Positions 54,922 through 64,000 of a stretch of DNA of 64,000 nt are shown here, in pieces. The number at the start of each line of letters is the position of its first letter. The stretch's first letter is position 1. The position numbers and the translations under genes were made by a program. This stretch comes from an uncultured Ignavibacteria bacterium (GTDB lineage Bacteria > Bacteroidota > Ignavibacteria > SZUA-365): positions 16,072-80,071 of the forward strand of contig CAJXVM010000014.1 of assembly GCA_913061095.1 (NCBI GenBank), in the 5' to 3' direction. The notes under the pieces are model-generated. The model worked only from the letters and a program-made list of their open reading frames with translations. It did not search any database and was not told the origin of the DNA.

Positions 54922-56988
54922 ATGCGCACACGCATACCGATTGTCTTCGCAGCATTCGCCGTCATCATGCTTGTCGGCGCCTGCACGAAGACGACACAGC
55001 AGTCAGAGGAAACCATCATGGTATTGACAGAGCGGAACATCAACGGCGCCATCGATTCATTGATCGCCATGCACGGGGAGGAACACCGCACGCGCATCGA
55101 ACAGGGTGTGCGTCAGGCGGCTTCGATGTGGCGCAGCGACGACGGCAGTGCGGAGGATTTCATTGCCGTCTGCGCGGAGCATTTCATCACCGACCAGGAG
55201 CTGCTGGACAAGACATTTCAGCGGTTTGAGCACAATCTCATGCTCATCAACGGTTACCTGACCGAGCTGCGAAGGGATCTGATGGTGCCGCTGCACCTCG
55301 ATACCGGTCCGATCATCGGTGTCGATCATCTCTTCGGAAGGTTTGCTCCCGAAGCGCATGTGAATACAGATATGTTCAAAACGAAACTTGCCTTCGCCGC
55401 CCTGCTGAATTTTCCCCTGAGCACACTGGAGCAGCGACTGGAACAGGGTGCGGAATGGTCGCGCCGCGAATGGGCGGAGCGCCGTCTCGCACAGCGTTTC
55501 GACACGCGTGTGCCGGCCGAGGCGAACCAGCAGGTCACCACCGCCTATACGATCGCCGACACCTACATCAGCGGATACAACATCCACATGCATCACGTCC
55601 TGAACGACGAAGGAGAACGGCTCTTCCCTGAGGGACTCAAACTTATTTCGCACTGGGGATTGCGCGATGAGCTCAAGGCGCAATACGCGAAAGATGACGG
55701 GCTGCCCCGGCAGGAACTCATTCACAGGATCATGCAGCGGATCGTGACACAGGAAATTCCGGAAGAGGTTATCGACAACCCGGCGGTCGACTGGTACATC
55801 GCGGAGAATGTCGTCGTGCCCGCCGGCGAGTCACCGGCCGGCGCGGAACCGGCTCAGAGAGAACCCGATACGCGTTACGAAATGTGGCTGAAGGTATTCA
55901 ACGCCGAGCGCGCCGTGGATCCCTACCATCCCGAGAATTCCACGCACATTGCGCGTCGCTTCAACGAGGATCGTGAAATCCCCGAAGAAGATGTTGAGCA
56001 GCTGTTCGTCGATGTTCTCTCATCCCCGCTGCTCACCGATGTCGCCGCGCTGATCCGAGAGCGGCTCGGACGCGACCTGCAGCCCTTCGACATCTGGTAT
56101 CCCGGATTCAAAACCAAGCCGCCGCTCACCGAAGATGAGCTTGACAGGATCGTCCGGGAAAAATATCCCACGGTCGAGGCGTTTGAAAAGGACATCCCCG
56201 ACATCCTGGTGCGGCTGGGCTTTACCTTTGACAGGGCGCAGTACCTGGCCGATCACATCAGCGTCGATGCCGCGCGCGGAGCGGGACATGCCATGGGCGC
56301 CGGACGGCTCTCGGACAACGCGCATCTGCGGACGCGTGTGCCGGAAAGCGGCATGAATTACAAGGGCTACAACATCGCCATTCATGAACTCGGGCATAAC
56401 GTCGAGCAGGTGATGTCATACCAGATGATGGACCACACACTCCTGCGCGGCGTGCCGAACACCGCCTTTACCGAGGGTTTCGCGTTTGTGTTCCAGTCCC
56501 GCGATCTCGATCTGCTCGGACTCGATGTCGAGAATCCCGACGCCGAGGCGCTCAACACGCTTGACGTGCTCTGGTCAACGTATGAGATCGCCGGCGTGGC
56601 GCTTGTCGATATGCGCGTCTGGCGCTGGCTGTATGAAAATCCCGATGCGACGCCCGAGCAGCTGCGCGAGGCTGATCTGCGCATCGCGAAAGAGGTGTGG
56701 AACGACTATTACGCGCCGGTGCTGGGCATGGAGGATCAGCCGCTGCTGGCCATTTATTCCCACACGATCGACGGCGGTATGTATACGCCCGACTATCCGC
56801 TCGGTCATATCATTGCTTTCCAGATCGAGCAGTACCTGAAGGAGCGAAGTCTCGCCACGGAGATGGAACGCATGTGCGCCATCGGCAACGTCACACCCGA
56901 CCTGTGGATGCAGAAAGCCGTCGGCGGACCAATCTCCACCGCGCCGCTGCTGGACGCTGCGCGGAAGGCGCTCGATTCGCTCAAATAA
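54922..56988 (+). CDS. HExxH zinc-metallopeptidase-like lipoprotein, family unassigned
   Basis: Lipoprotein signal 'MRTRIPIVFAAFAVIMLVGAC'. 'AIHELGHNVEQ' with 'AFTEGFAF' ~27 aa downstream (gluzincin arrangement). Confidence 0.6.
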   Translation: MRTRIPIVFAAFAVIMLVGACTKTTQQSEETIMVLTERNINGAIDSLIAMHGEEHRTRIEQGVRQAASMWRSDDGSAEDFIAVCAEHFITDQELLDKTFQRFEHNLMLINGYLTELRRDLMVPLHLDTGPIIGVDHLFGRFAPEAHVNTDMFKTKLAFAALLNFPLSTLEQRLEQGAEWSRREWAERRLAQRFDTRVPAEANQQVTTAYTIADTYISGYNIHMHHVLNDEGERLFPEGLKLISHWGLRDELKAQYAKDDGLPRQELIHRIMQRIVTQEIPEEVIDNPAVDWYIAENVVVPAGESPAGAEPAQREPDTRYEMWLKVFNAERAVDPYHPENSTHIARRFNEDREIPEEDVEQLFVDVLSSPLLTDVAALIRERLGRDLQPFDIWYPGFKTKPPLTEDELDRIVREKYPTVEAFEKDIPDILVRLGFTFDRAQYLADHISVDAARGAGHAMGAGRLSDNAHLRTRVPESGMNYKGYNIAIHELGHNVEQVMSYQMMDHTLLRGVPNTAFTEGFAFVFQSRDLDLLGLDVENPDAEALNTLDVLWSTYEIAGVALVDMRVWRWLYENPDATPEQLREADLRIAKEVWNDYYAPVLGMEDQPLLAIYSHTIDGGMYTPDYPLGHIIAFQIEQYLKERSLATEMERMCAIGNVTPDLWMQKAVGGPISTAPLLDAARKALDSLK

Positions 56989-57063
56989 TGCAGCATCGCT
57001 CAGGCGCAACCGCGTAGCTGAGCGCGAGGTGCGCGCCATGCGGCTGTCGATACAGAGAAGTGG

Positions 57064-57097
57064 AAAAAAAGAGGCTGTCCAGCTGGACAGCCTCTTT
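57064..57097. terminator. Bidirectional intrinsic terminator
   Basis: 'aaaaaaa gaggctgtcc agct ggacagcctc ttt' lies between convergent genes. Confidence 0.7.
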
Positions 57098-57138
57098 GCG
57101 TTGTTCACAGGCAATATGTTGGCCGTTCGGCTTTCAGA

Positions 57139-57996
57139 TCATGAGCGCATGAAGACCATCGTCCTGCTTCCTTCATCCGAATGCATGCGAAGGAAGTAGA
57201 GACCGGGCTTCAAATCCCGTGCCCCGAATGGAATGATATGGTGTCCGGCCTCCATCGCGCGATGGTCGAGTATCACCGCGACCGGATTTCCGAGGTGATC
57301 ATGAAGGGTCAGTTTCACTTCCGCCGGGCGGCTCAGGCCGAATGAAACCGTGCCATAATTCTGGAACGGCTGCAGGGCATGCTTCCAGACGCCGGAGGTG
57401 GCGGGGACTTCGTCGGGAGTGACGCTGACGACCGGGGAAGTAATCGAGTTTCCGTCTTTCCTGATCTGCCGCAGACGATAGTATGCGACACCATCACCGC
57501 GCAGGTGATCGAGGAAGGTATACTCCTGATTTCCGTACTGGCGTTCATCGCTGCGGAGGTACGCGACCATTGTCCAGTTCGTCTGCAGCTGAGAACGGCG
57601 TTCGACCTCGAAGCCGAGAGTGCCGGTACCGGATGTAGTGACCCAGTTGAGCTGGATGACGTCACGGATGCGCGCCCCGGCGAACATCTGCAGACCCGAA
57701 CCGGATGCCGATGGGACGTTGACCTCCGGTCTCATCTCGGCGGATGGCAGCAGGGTGCGTGTTTCCATGACGCGGAAAACGGGTGAGGGTGCAGGGTTGG
57801 TGTTCGATGCTGTCAGCATCGAAGAAGAACCGATCGGACGTTCGTCGGGGGTGTCTCCAAACGTATTGGAAACAGATCCGGGAAGAACGCCGGCATATGC
57901 AATGGATGATACTGCGGGGAATGAAGTCGGCTGCTGGCTCCACACAATCAGGGGGAACAGCAGGATCACTGTCGCAGCAATGGCAAAACGTGTCAT
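57139..57996 (-). CDS. Secreted protein with FN3-like domain and T9SS C-terminal sorting domain, unknown function
   Basis: ATG 57996 gives the signal peptide 'MTRFAIAATVILLFPLIVWSQQ'. 'IQLNWVTTSGTGTLGFEVERR...YYRLRQI' is FN3-like. CTD 'VKLTLHDHLGNPVAVI...LKPGLYFLRM'. Confidence 0.65.
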   Translation of the reverse strand: MTRFAIAATVILLFPLIVWSQQPTSFPAVSSIAYAGVLPGSVSNTFGDTPDERPIGSSSMLTASNTNPAPSPVFRVMETRTLLPSAEMRPEVNVPSASGSGLQMFAGARIRDVIQLNWVTTSGTGTLGFEVERRSQLQTNWTMVAYLRSDERQYGNQEYTFLDHLRGDGVAYYRLRQIRKDGNSITSPVVSVTPDEVPATSGVWKHALQPFQNYGTVSFGLSRPAEVKLTLHDHLGNPVAVILDHRAMEAGHHIIPFGARDLKPGLYFLRMHSDEGSRTMVFMRS

Positions 57997-58159
57997 TGTG
58001 GAAGTTTCCTTCGCTGTGAACATTACTGAACGCGGCAGACGGTTCAGCAGTACTGAACTAGTATTGTGTGGAGAGAGAGTGGAATAAATATAGTGGCTGT
58101 TTGGACGAAATCCAAACAAAAAATGGAATGCGGGAAATTTTTTTTTTGAGCGGGAAAGC

Positions 58160-58208
58160 GGGGAAAATACGGGGGCGTCACACTTCGACAGGTTCAGTGT
58201 GACGCCCC
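58160..58208 (-). terminator. Probable terminator hairpin after gmhA
   Basis: 13-bp stem 'ggggcgtcacact/agtgtgacgcccc', followed on the minus strand by 'cgtatttt'. Confidence 0.5.
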
Positions 58209-58265
58209 GGATGCTCCGTGTGGCGCCCGTGCGTCGGGATGACAGTGAGACGGGAGCGCCGTTTG

Positions 58266-58847
58266 TCAATCGTACAGATCCGGGAAGAGCCGGCGCTCCA
58301 CCGATTCAATCACGATATGGATGATCTTGATATGCAGTTCCTGGATACGGTCGCTGGTATCTCCCGGCACGACAATGCCGATATCGCAGAGGGGCAGCAG
58401 TTTGCCGCCGCCTTTCCCGAGGAGTCCGACGGTCGTGACGCGGCGTGCGCGGGCCTCTTCCGCGGCGCGGATCAGGTTCGGAGAATTGCCGCTGGTGCTC
58501 AGCATGAGCAGAATATCGCCTTCCTTCCCGAGGGCCTGCACCTGCCGGGCAAACACCTCCGCGTAGCCGTAGTCGTTGGCGACACAGCTCATGTGTCCGG
58601 GATCGCTCATGGCCAGTGCCGGCAGCGGGGGACGTTCACTGCGGTAGCGCCCGCTCCACTCTTCGGCGAAATGCATGGCGTCACTCATTGATCCGCCGTT
58701 GCCGCAGGACAGCGCTTTGCCGCCGGAGAGAAAGGTTTCAGCGAGCCGTTCGGCAAACTGCTGCACACGCGGAAACTGCTCCTCGTCTGCCATGAACTCC
58801 GCCAGACAGATCTGCGCTTCGCGGAAGGATGCTTCAATATGCGTCAT
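58266..58847 (-). CDS. gmhA: D-sedoheptulose-7-phosphate isomerase (SIS domain, GmhA/DiaA type)
   Basis: 'LSCGNGGSMSDAMHFAEE', 'LSTSGNSPN' and 'VVPGDTSDRIQELHIKIIH'. Confidence 0.85.
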   Translation of the reverse strand: MTHIEASFREAQICLAEFMADEEQFPRVQQFAERLAETFLSGGKALSCGNGGSMSDAMHFAEEWSGRYRSERPPLPALAMSDPGHMSCVANDYGYAEVFARQVQALGKEGDILLMLSTSGNSPNLIRAAEEARARRVTTVGLLGKGGGKLLPLCDIGIVVPGDTSDRIQELHIKIIHIVIESVERRLFPDLYD

Positions 58848-58857
58848 ACCGGCTCCG

Positions 58858-60384
<1,527 letters not shown>

Positions 60385-60540
60385 GCGGTGCCTCGTGATT
60401 GTACATGCGTGTTACCGTTTCTCAGGCTCCATATTACGATCCGCGCGCCTGTGAAGCAATCCCGTCCATATTTGGTGAATATTTTACAATAACACCTTAA
60501 AATGCTCTTGACATTTATTTGACAAACCGATAAGTTGACA

Positions 60541-61035
60541 ATGGCAAACTATTTTTTTGAACGCTGTATGCATCAAGCCAATCACCACAAACAGGCAGAA
60601 ACACTTGCGGATCTCACGCTGGGACTGGTCGGCTGCTGTCAGCGAAAGCAGGAGCGTATCGCAGAGCGCGCACATCTGTCCCTTTCCGAGTTCAAGTGTC
60701 TCCGGGCCTTCCGGAATGACAGCGAACTCTCGGTCAAGGATATCGCTCAGCGGATGAGCCTCACCAGCAGTCGTCTGACGCGCATCATCGACGGTCTCGT
60801 CAAGAAGCGCTTTGTTACCCGGCACATCGATCCGCATGACCGCCGCATTATCAACGTTCGTCTGACGAAACAGGGAGAGAACATCGCCCGCAAGGTCACG
60901 AACGACTGCACCCACGTATACGAACAGGTGCTCGAACACATCGATCCAAAGGATCACGACCGCATCATTTCCGCCGTCGATCAGCTGTGGGAAGTTCTTC
61001 AGCAGCGCACGGAATTCGTCGAAGAGTACGAGTGA
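60541..61035 (+). CDS. MarR family transcriptional regulator
   Basis: Winged-helix 'LSVKDIAQRMSLTSSRLTRIIDGLVKKRFVTRHIDPHDRRIINVRLTKQGE'. ATG 60541 preferred to TTG 60535. Confidence 0.85.
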   Translation: MANYFFERCMHQANHHKQAETLADLTLGLVGCCQRKQERIAERAHLSLSEFKCLRAFRNDSELSVKDIAQRMSLTSSRLTRIIDGLVKKRFVTRHIDPHDRRIINVRLTKQGENIARKVTNDCTHVYEQVLEHIDPKDHDRIISAVDQLWEVLQQRTEFVEEYE

Positions 61036-61066
61036 CGTGACGGCACGATACGATGCACCGACTTCA

Positions 61067-61096
61067 GCGCACCTCTCCCGGGTGCGCTTTTTTTTT
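61067..61096 (+). terminator. Intrinsic terminator after marR-like gene
   Basis: 'gcgcacc tctcccg ggtgcgc' followed by a T9 run. Confidence 0.8.
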
Positions 61097-61167
61097 GCGC
61101 CCAGCCATCCTCGCGATGCCGCGGCGCACTGCGGCGACAATCCGGGGAACAGACCGATGCCGTCCGG

Positions 61168-62604
61168 CTATTTGTTCGTATTACCGACAGGGGAACGCGT
61201 ACCGGGGCGCATCCATCCCGACGCGTAAATGAGCAGCGTGGCCGCCAGCCCGCCGTACATCGGCTCGATGCCCAGCGGATACTGCGGCTCACCGCCGACG
61301 CTCTGCAGCTGTCCGACCACCATGGCAGTGAGGGAAACGAGAAAGCCGGCGAGCATCGCCCAGAACGTGCGCGTACTGGATATGGCGAGCCGCGGATAAT
61401 AGGTCGTGGCAAGGGGCAGCAGCAGTGCGGGAATGAACAGCGTGCCGATGACATACCACAGGGAGATGACGGATGGAAAGAGCAGCACGGCGCCGATTGA
61501 AACCACCGCCGTAAAAAGGATACCGTACTGCGTGTAGCGGGTGACAGAGGAATCGTCTCGGCGGCCGGTCAGTGTCGAAAAAATATCGCGCCCCGCCGTG
61601 AGCCCCGCAATGAATGTCAGTCCATCGGTGGTCGACATGACGGTGGCGAGCATGCCAACGAAAAAGATGCCCTTCGCCACCATCGGCAGCGCCTGTTCCG
61701 CAAGGAGAGGATAGGCCATCGACGGCTGGTCCAGCGCCGGCAGCAGCGCCCGCGCGTACAGCCCCGACAGCGTGGTGATGCTGTCGAACACAAACCAGCA
61801 GCCGACCGATGCGACGATGCCCCACTGCGCGGTTCGCGGGCTTCGCGCACTGAGCGTGAACTGGTGGAACTGCGGTGCGACGAGTGTCCACAGGGCGATG
61901 AAGAACCAGACGAGGATGTATTGCCAGGAATTGCCACCGGTGACGGTGAGATGGCGCCCGGGGAGATTGTCCTGCAGGAAGGGCAGCATGCCGTTGTCGG
62001 AGATCAGGAAGAACAGCAGCACGAAAAAGCCGCCGAACATGAGCAGGAACTGCAGGAGATCCGTGCGCACCACGGCGCGGAAGCCGCCGGTATAGACGTA
62101 CACGATCGAGACCGCGGTACCGACGAGTAGAGAGGGGAGCAGGTCCCACCCCGTGACGACCTGCAGCAGCACGGCGAGCATCAGCACGTAGGGAGCCGGG
62201 GAGCTGTTGAAGAAAACAAGGACCGAGCCGAGCAGTCCTGTCTTCCGGTCATATGTGTGATACAGCTGATCGGGAATGGAGTACAGCGCAGTGTCACGCA
62301 CGCGCCGCGCAAAGAACAGGGCGAAGACGATGGCGAATATATAGTACGGCAGACCGAAGACGAACCAGTTCGCGACGCCGTAGAGGTAGCTGAACTCGCC
62401 GACACCGAGAATGCCGCCGTACCAGGTGGAAACCAGCGCCGCAACAAATCCCGGCAGCGTCAGCATGCGGCCGCCGAGTATGAAATCCTCTGAACTGCTG
62501 CGGTTGCGCCGCGCGCCGCGGAAGCCGAGGTACAGCAGGAAGAGCAGATACGAGGCGACGATGAGCCAGTCGACGGCGGAAAACTGAAGGAGTGTCACGG
62601 ACAT
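61168..62604 (-). CDS. Sodium:solute symporter (SSS) family transporter
   Basis: 478 aa, ~12-13 TM helices. 'FILGGRMLTLPGFVAALVSTWYGG' fits the SSS N-terminal pattern. Confidence 0.85.
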   Translation of the reverse strand: MSVTLLQFSAVDWLIVASYLLFLLYLGFRGARRNRSSSEDFILGGRMLTLPGFVAALVSTWYGGILGVGEFSYLYGVANWFVFGLPYYIFAIVFALFFARRVRDTALYSIPDQLYHTYDRKTGLLGSVLVFFNSSPAPYVLMLAVLLQVVTGWDLLPSLLVGTAVSIVYVYTGGFRAVVRTDLLQFLLMFGGFFVLLFFLISDNGMLPFLQDNLPGRHLTVTGGNSWQYILVWFFIALWTLVAPQFHQFTLSARSPRTAQWGIVASVGCWFVFDSITTLSGLYARALLPALDQPSMAYPLLAEQALPMVAKGIFFVGMLATVMSTTDGLTFIAGLTAGRDIFSTLTGRRDDSSVTRYTQYGILFTAVVSIGAVLLFPSVISLWYVIGTLFIPALLLPLATTYYPRLAISSTRTFWAMLAGFLVSLTAMVVGQLQSVGGEPQYPLGIEPMYGGLAATLLIYASGWMRPGTRSPVGNTNK

Positions 62605-62659
62605 TCCCGCACGCGTGATTCATAAAACGATGTCATGAAAAATGCCCACCCCCGGGCGG

Positions 62660-62688
62660 AAAAACAACGGGCGTCCCGAGGGACGCCC
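62660..62688 (-). terminator. Intrinsic terminator after small ORF 62705-63031
   Basis: Minus strand: 'gggcgtcc ctcg ggacgccc gttgttttt'. Confidence 0.6.
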
Positions 62689-62704
62689 AAAACACATGCT
62701 CCGG

Positions 62705-63031
62705 TCATCGCATCATGGTTTTCATGATTTTTTTCTGTGCCGGATGCTTTTCGCGGTAGAGTTGTTCCGAAACCTGCTTGCTGTGCCTGTCGCTGTCAAT
62801 CGTGATAAACACCAGTTTCTCCATGCAGTCCTTGCACACGCGCACCTTGCGCTCGCCATCCATGTCCAGCGGTTTCTTGAAATACAGCACTTCCGCCGGA
62901 ATGGTGTGTCCGAATGCGCACTCATGCTCTTTCTCGGAAAAGCCGGTATGCCATTCGTACTGATGAGAGGAGAGCGCATTGAACCGTTTCAGGGAACGGA
63001 GAAAGTCTTTTTCGGAATGATACACCGCCAT
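62705..63031 (-). CDS. Small hypothetical protein (108 aa) with His/Cys cluster
   Basis: ATG 63031 inside a longer ORF. 'HECAFGH...VCKDC'. Lower-GC, Lys-rich composition. Its own terminator lies downstream. Confidence 0.4.
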   Translation of the reverse strand: MAVYHSEKDFLRSLKRFNALSSHQYEWHTGFSEKEHECAFGHTIPAEVLYFKKPLDMDGERKVRVCKDCMEKLVFITIDSDRHSKQVSEQLYREKHPAQKKIMKTMMR

Positions 63032-63248
63032 AGAACAACTCCGGAGTTTAGGAATGAAGAAGAGAGTCAGGAGCACCCTCCCGCATGAACAGATGCGAGG
63101 GGACTCCCAGCCGTGGACAGGCAATGTAAGAAAATCAAGAAAAAAACAAGAAGGGCGCGGAAAATTTCTCCTGCAGGGGAACCGACAACGGAAAACCGTG
63201 TATTGTTTCCCTTTTTGTTTTATATTCCATCCATACAATACATCTGCG

Positions 63249-64000
63249 ATGAAAGCTCCAATCCTTATCTGGGTACTGGCGGCGGCGGGTATGGTTTTCC
63301 TGTCGCCGGTTTTCGGGCAGCAGCCTTCAGAAGGCGGCAGCACGGAAGCATTCGCTCTGCGCGCGGAAATCGTTTCCGAACGCCATGTACGGCTGTTCGT
63401 CCGCGAGGGAAACTACTCCCTGTCTCTAAATCCCGCGGATTATCTTCTGCGAATGGCGGATGGACGGGAGATCTCCTGCGAAGGCGTCTTCTGGACGGGC
63501 TCACGGGAAGTGCAGGTCTGTCCCGCCGAGCAGCTGGATATCAGGCGCGTGCATTACCTGGATGTGCGCGGGGTGGACGAACCGCTGCTCTGCCGCTTCG
63601 ACGGCTGGCTGCGGCACTGCTACAGTCCGGCCGAACTCGGCGCGTTCACGGGCAGCGACGGCGCGACGGTGGTGCGGGTGTTTTCTCCCCGCGCGGACAG
63701 CGTGCGTCTGTATCTGTTCCGCGAGCGCGGTTCGGACCTTCCTGACAGGAGTGTCACGATGCATGCCGCGAAGGGAGGAATCTGGGAAATACGGATGGCG
63801 GAGAATTTCGAGGGATGGTGGTACGACTTCACGGTTCATGGTCCACCCGATCCCGGGAATGAATTTTTCGAACAGGCGCCCGTACATGTCACCGATCCCT
63901 ATGCACGCGTGTCGGATGACAGCTTCGGGCGCGCACGCATCTGGCCGCGCACCGAACCCGCGCCGCCGATCGCGCGCGGCATTCCCCCGCTCGAAGATGT
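63249..64000 (+). CDS. GH13 pullulanase/debranching-enzyme-like protein, N-terminal part (3' end outside window)
   Basis: Not in the ORF track because it has no stop. My own translation from ATG 63249 is open to the window end. It has the signal peptide 'MKAPILIWVLAAAGMVFLSPVFGQQ' and a CBM48-like 'VVRVFSPRADSVRLYLF...GIWEIRM...GWWYDFTVHG...DPYA'. Confidence 0.55.
   Translation, partial: MKAPILIWVLAAAGMVFLSPVFGQQPSEGGSTEAFALRAEIVSERHVRLFVREGNYSLSLNPADYLLRMADGREISCEGVFWTGSREVQVCPAEQLDIRRVHYLDVRGVDEPLLCRFDGWLRHCYSPAELGAFTGSDGATVVRVFSPRADSVRLYLFRERGSDLPDRSVTMHAAKGGIWEIRMAENFEGWWYDFTVHGPPDPGNEFFEQAPVHVTDPYARVSDDSFGRARIWPRTEPAPPIARGIPPLED

Noticed and set aside
63113-63745. 210-aa ORF in the track covering the 3' end of the window
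   Set aside because: Its translation is Arg/Gly-rich. A different frame starting at ATG 63249 gives a signal peptide and CBM48/GH13-like motifs and stays open to the window end, so the track ORF is treated as an overlapping artefact.

Overview
GC-rich bacterial chromosomal segment, densely coding on both strands. I can support about 55 CDS and recognised no rRNA, tRNA, CRISPR array, transposase or integrase. Housekeeping genes (uvrA, htpG, lgt, ahpC, corA, gmhA, class I fumarate hydratase, a TrmH-type methyltransferase) are interleaved with an unusually dense secretome. Eight ORFs end in a type IX secretion (T9SS) C-terminal sorting domain. At least eight ORFs are peptidases or hydrolases: S46 x2, S8 x2, S9, an S15/CocE-like enzyme, and two HExxH lipoproteins. 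The T9SS tails plus a TAnnTTTG-type -7 box suggest an FCB-group organism (Bacteroidota/Ignavibacteriota/Rhodothermota-like); the exact taxon cannot be decided from this window. The best candidates for something undescribed are: (i) a four-gene cassette of ECF sigma, anti-sigma with a porin-like C-terminus, vWA lipoprotein and T9SS-sorted vWA protein (26571-30468); (ii) a cluster of heme lipoprotein, YceI, DUF5777-like barrel and T9SS-sorted monoheme protein (50293-52902), which could be a cell-surface redox conduit; (iii) a histone-H1-like Lys/Ala/Pro tail fused to an ArsC/Spx-fold domain (14731-15453); (iv) a signal-peptide-to-T9SS-tail double-propeller gene split by a single in-frame TAA (23896-26361). 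All functional calls come from motif recognition by eye, and none has been verified by a database search. Start codons are often ambiguous because the ORF track uses alternative starts; where a signal peptide or RBS argued for it I chose an internal ATG.
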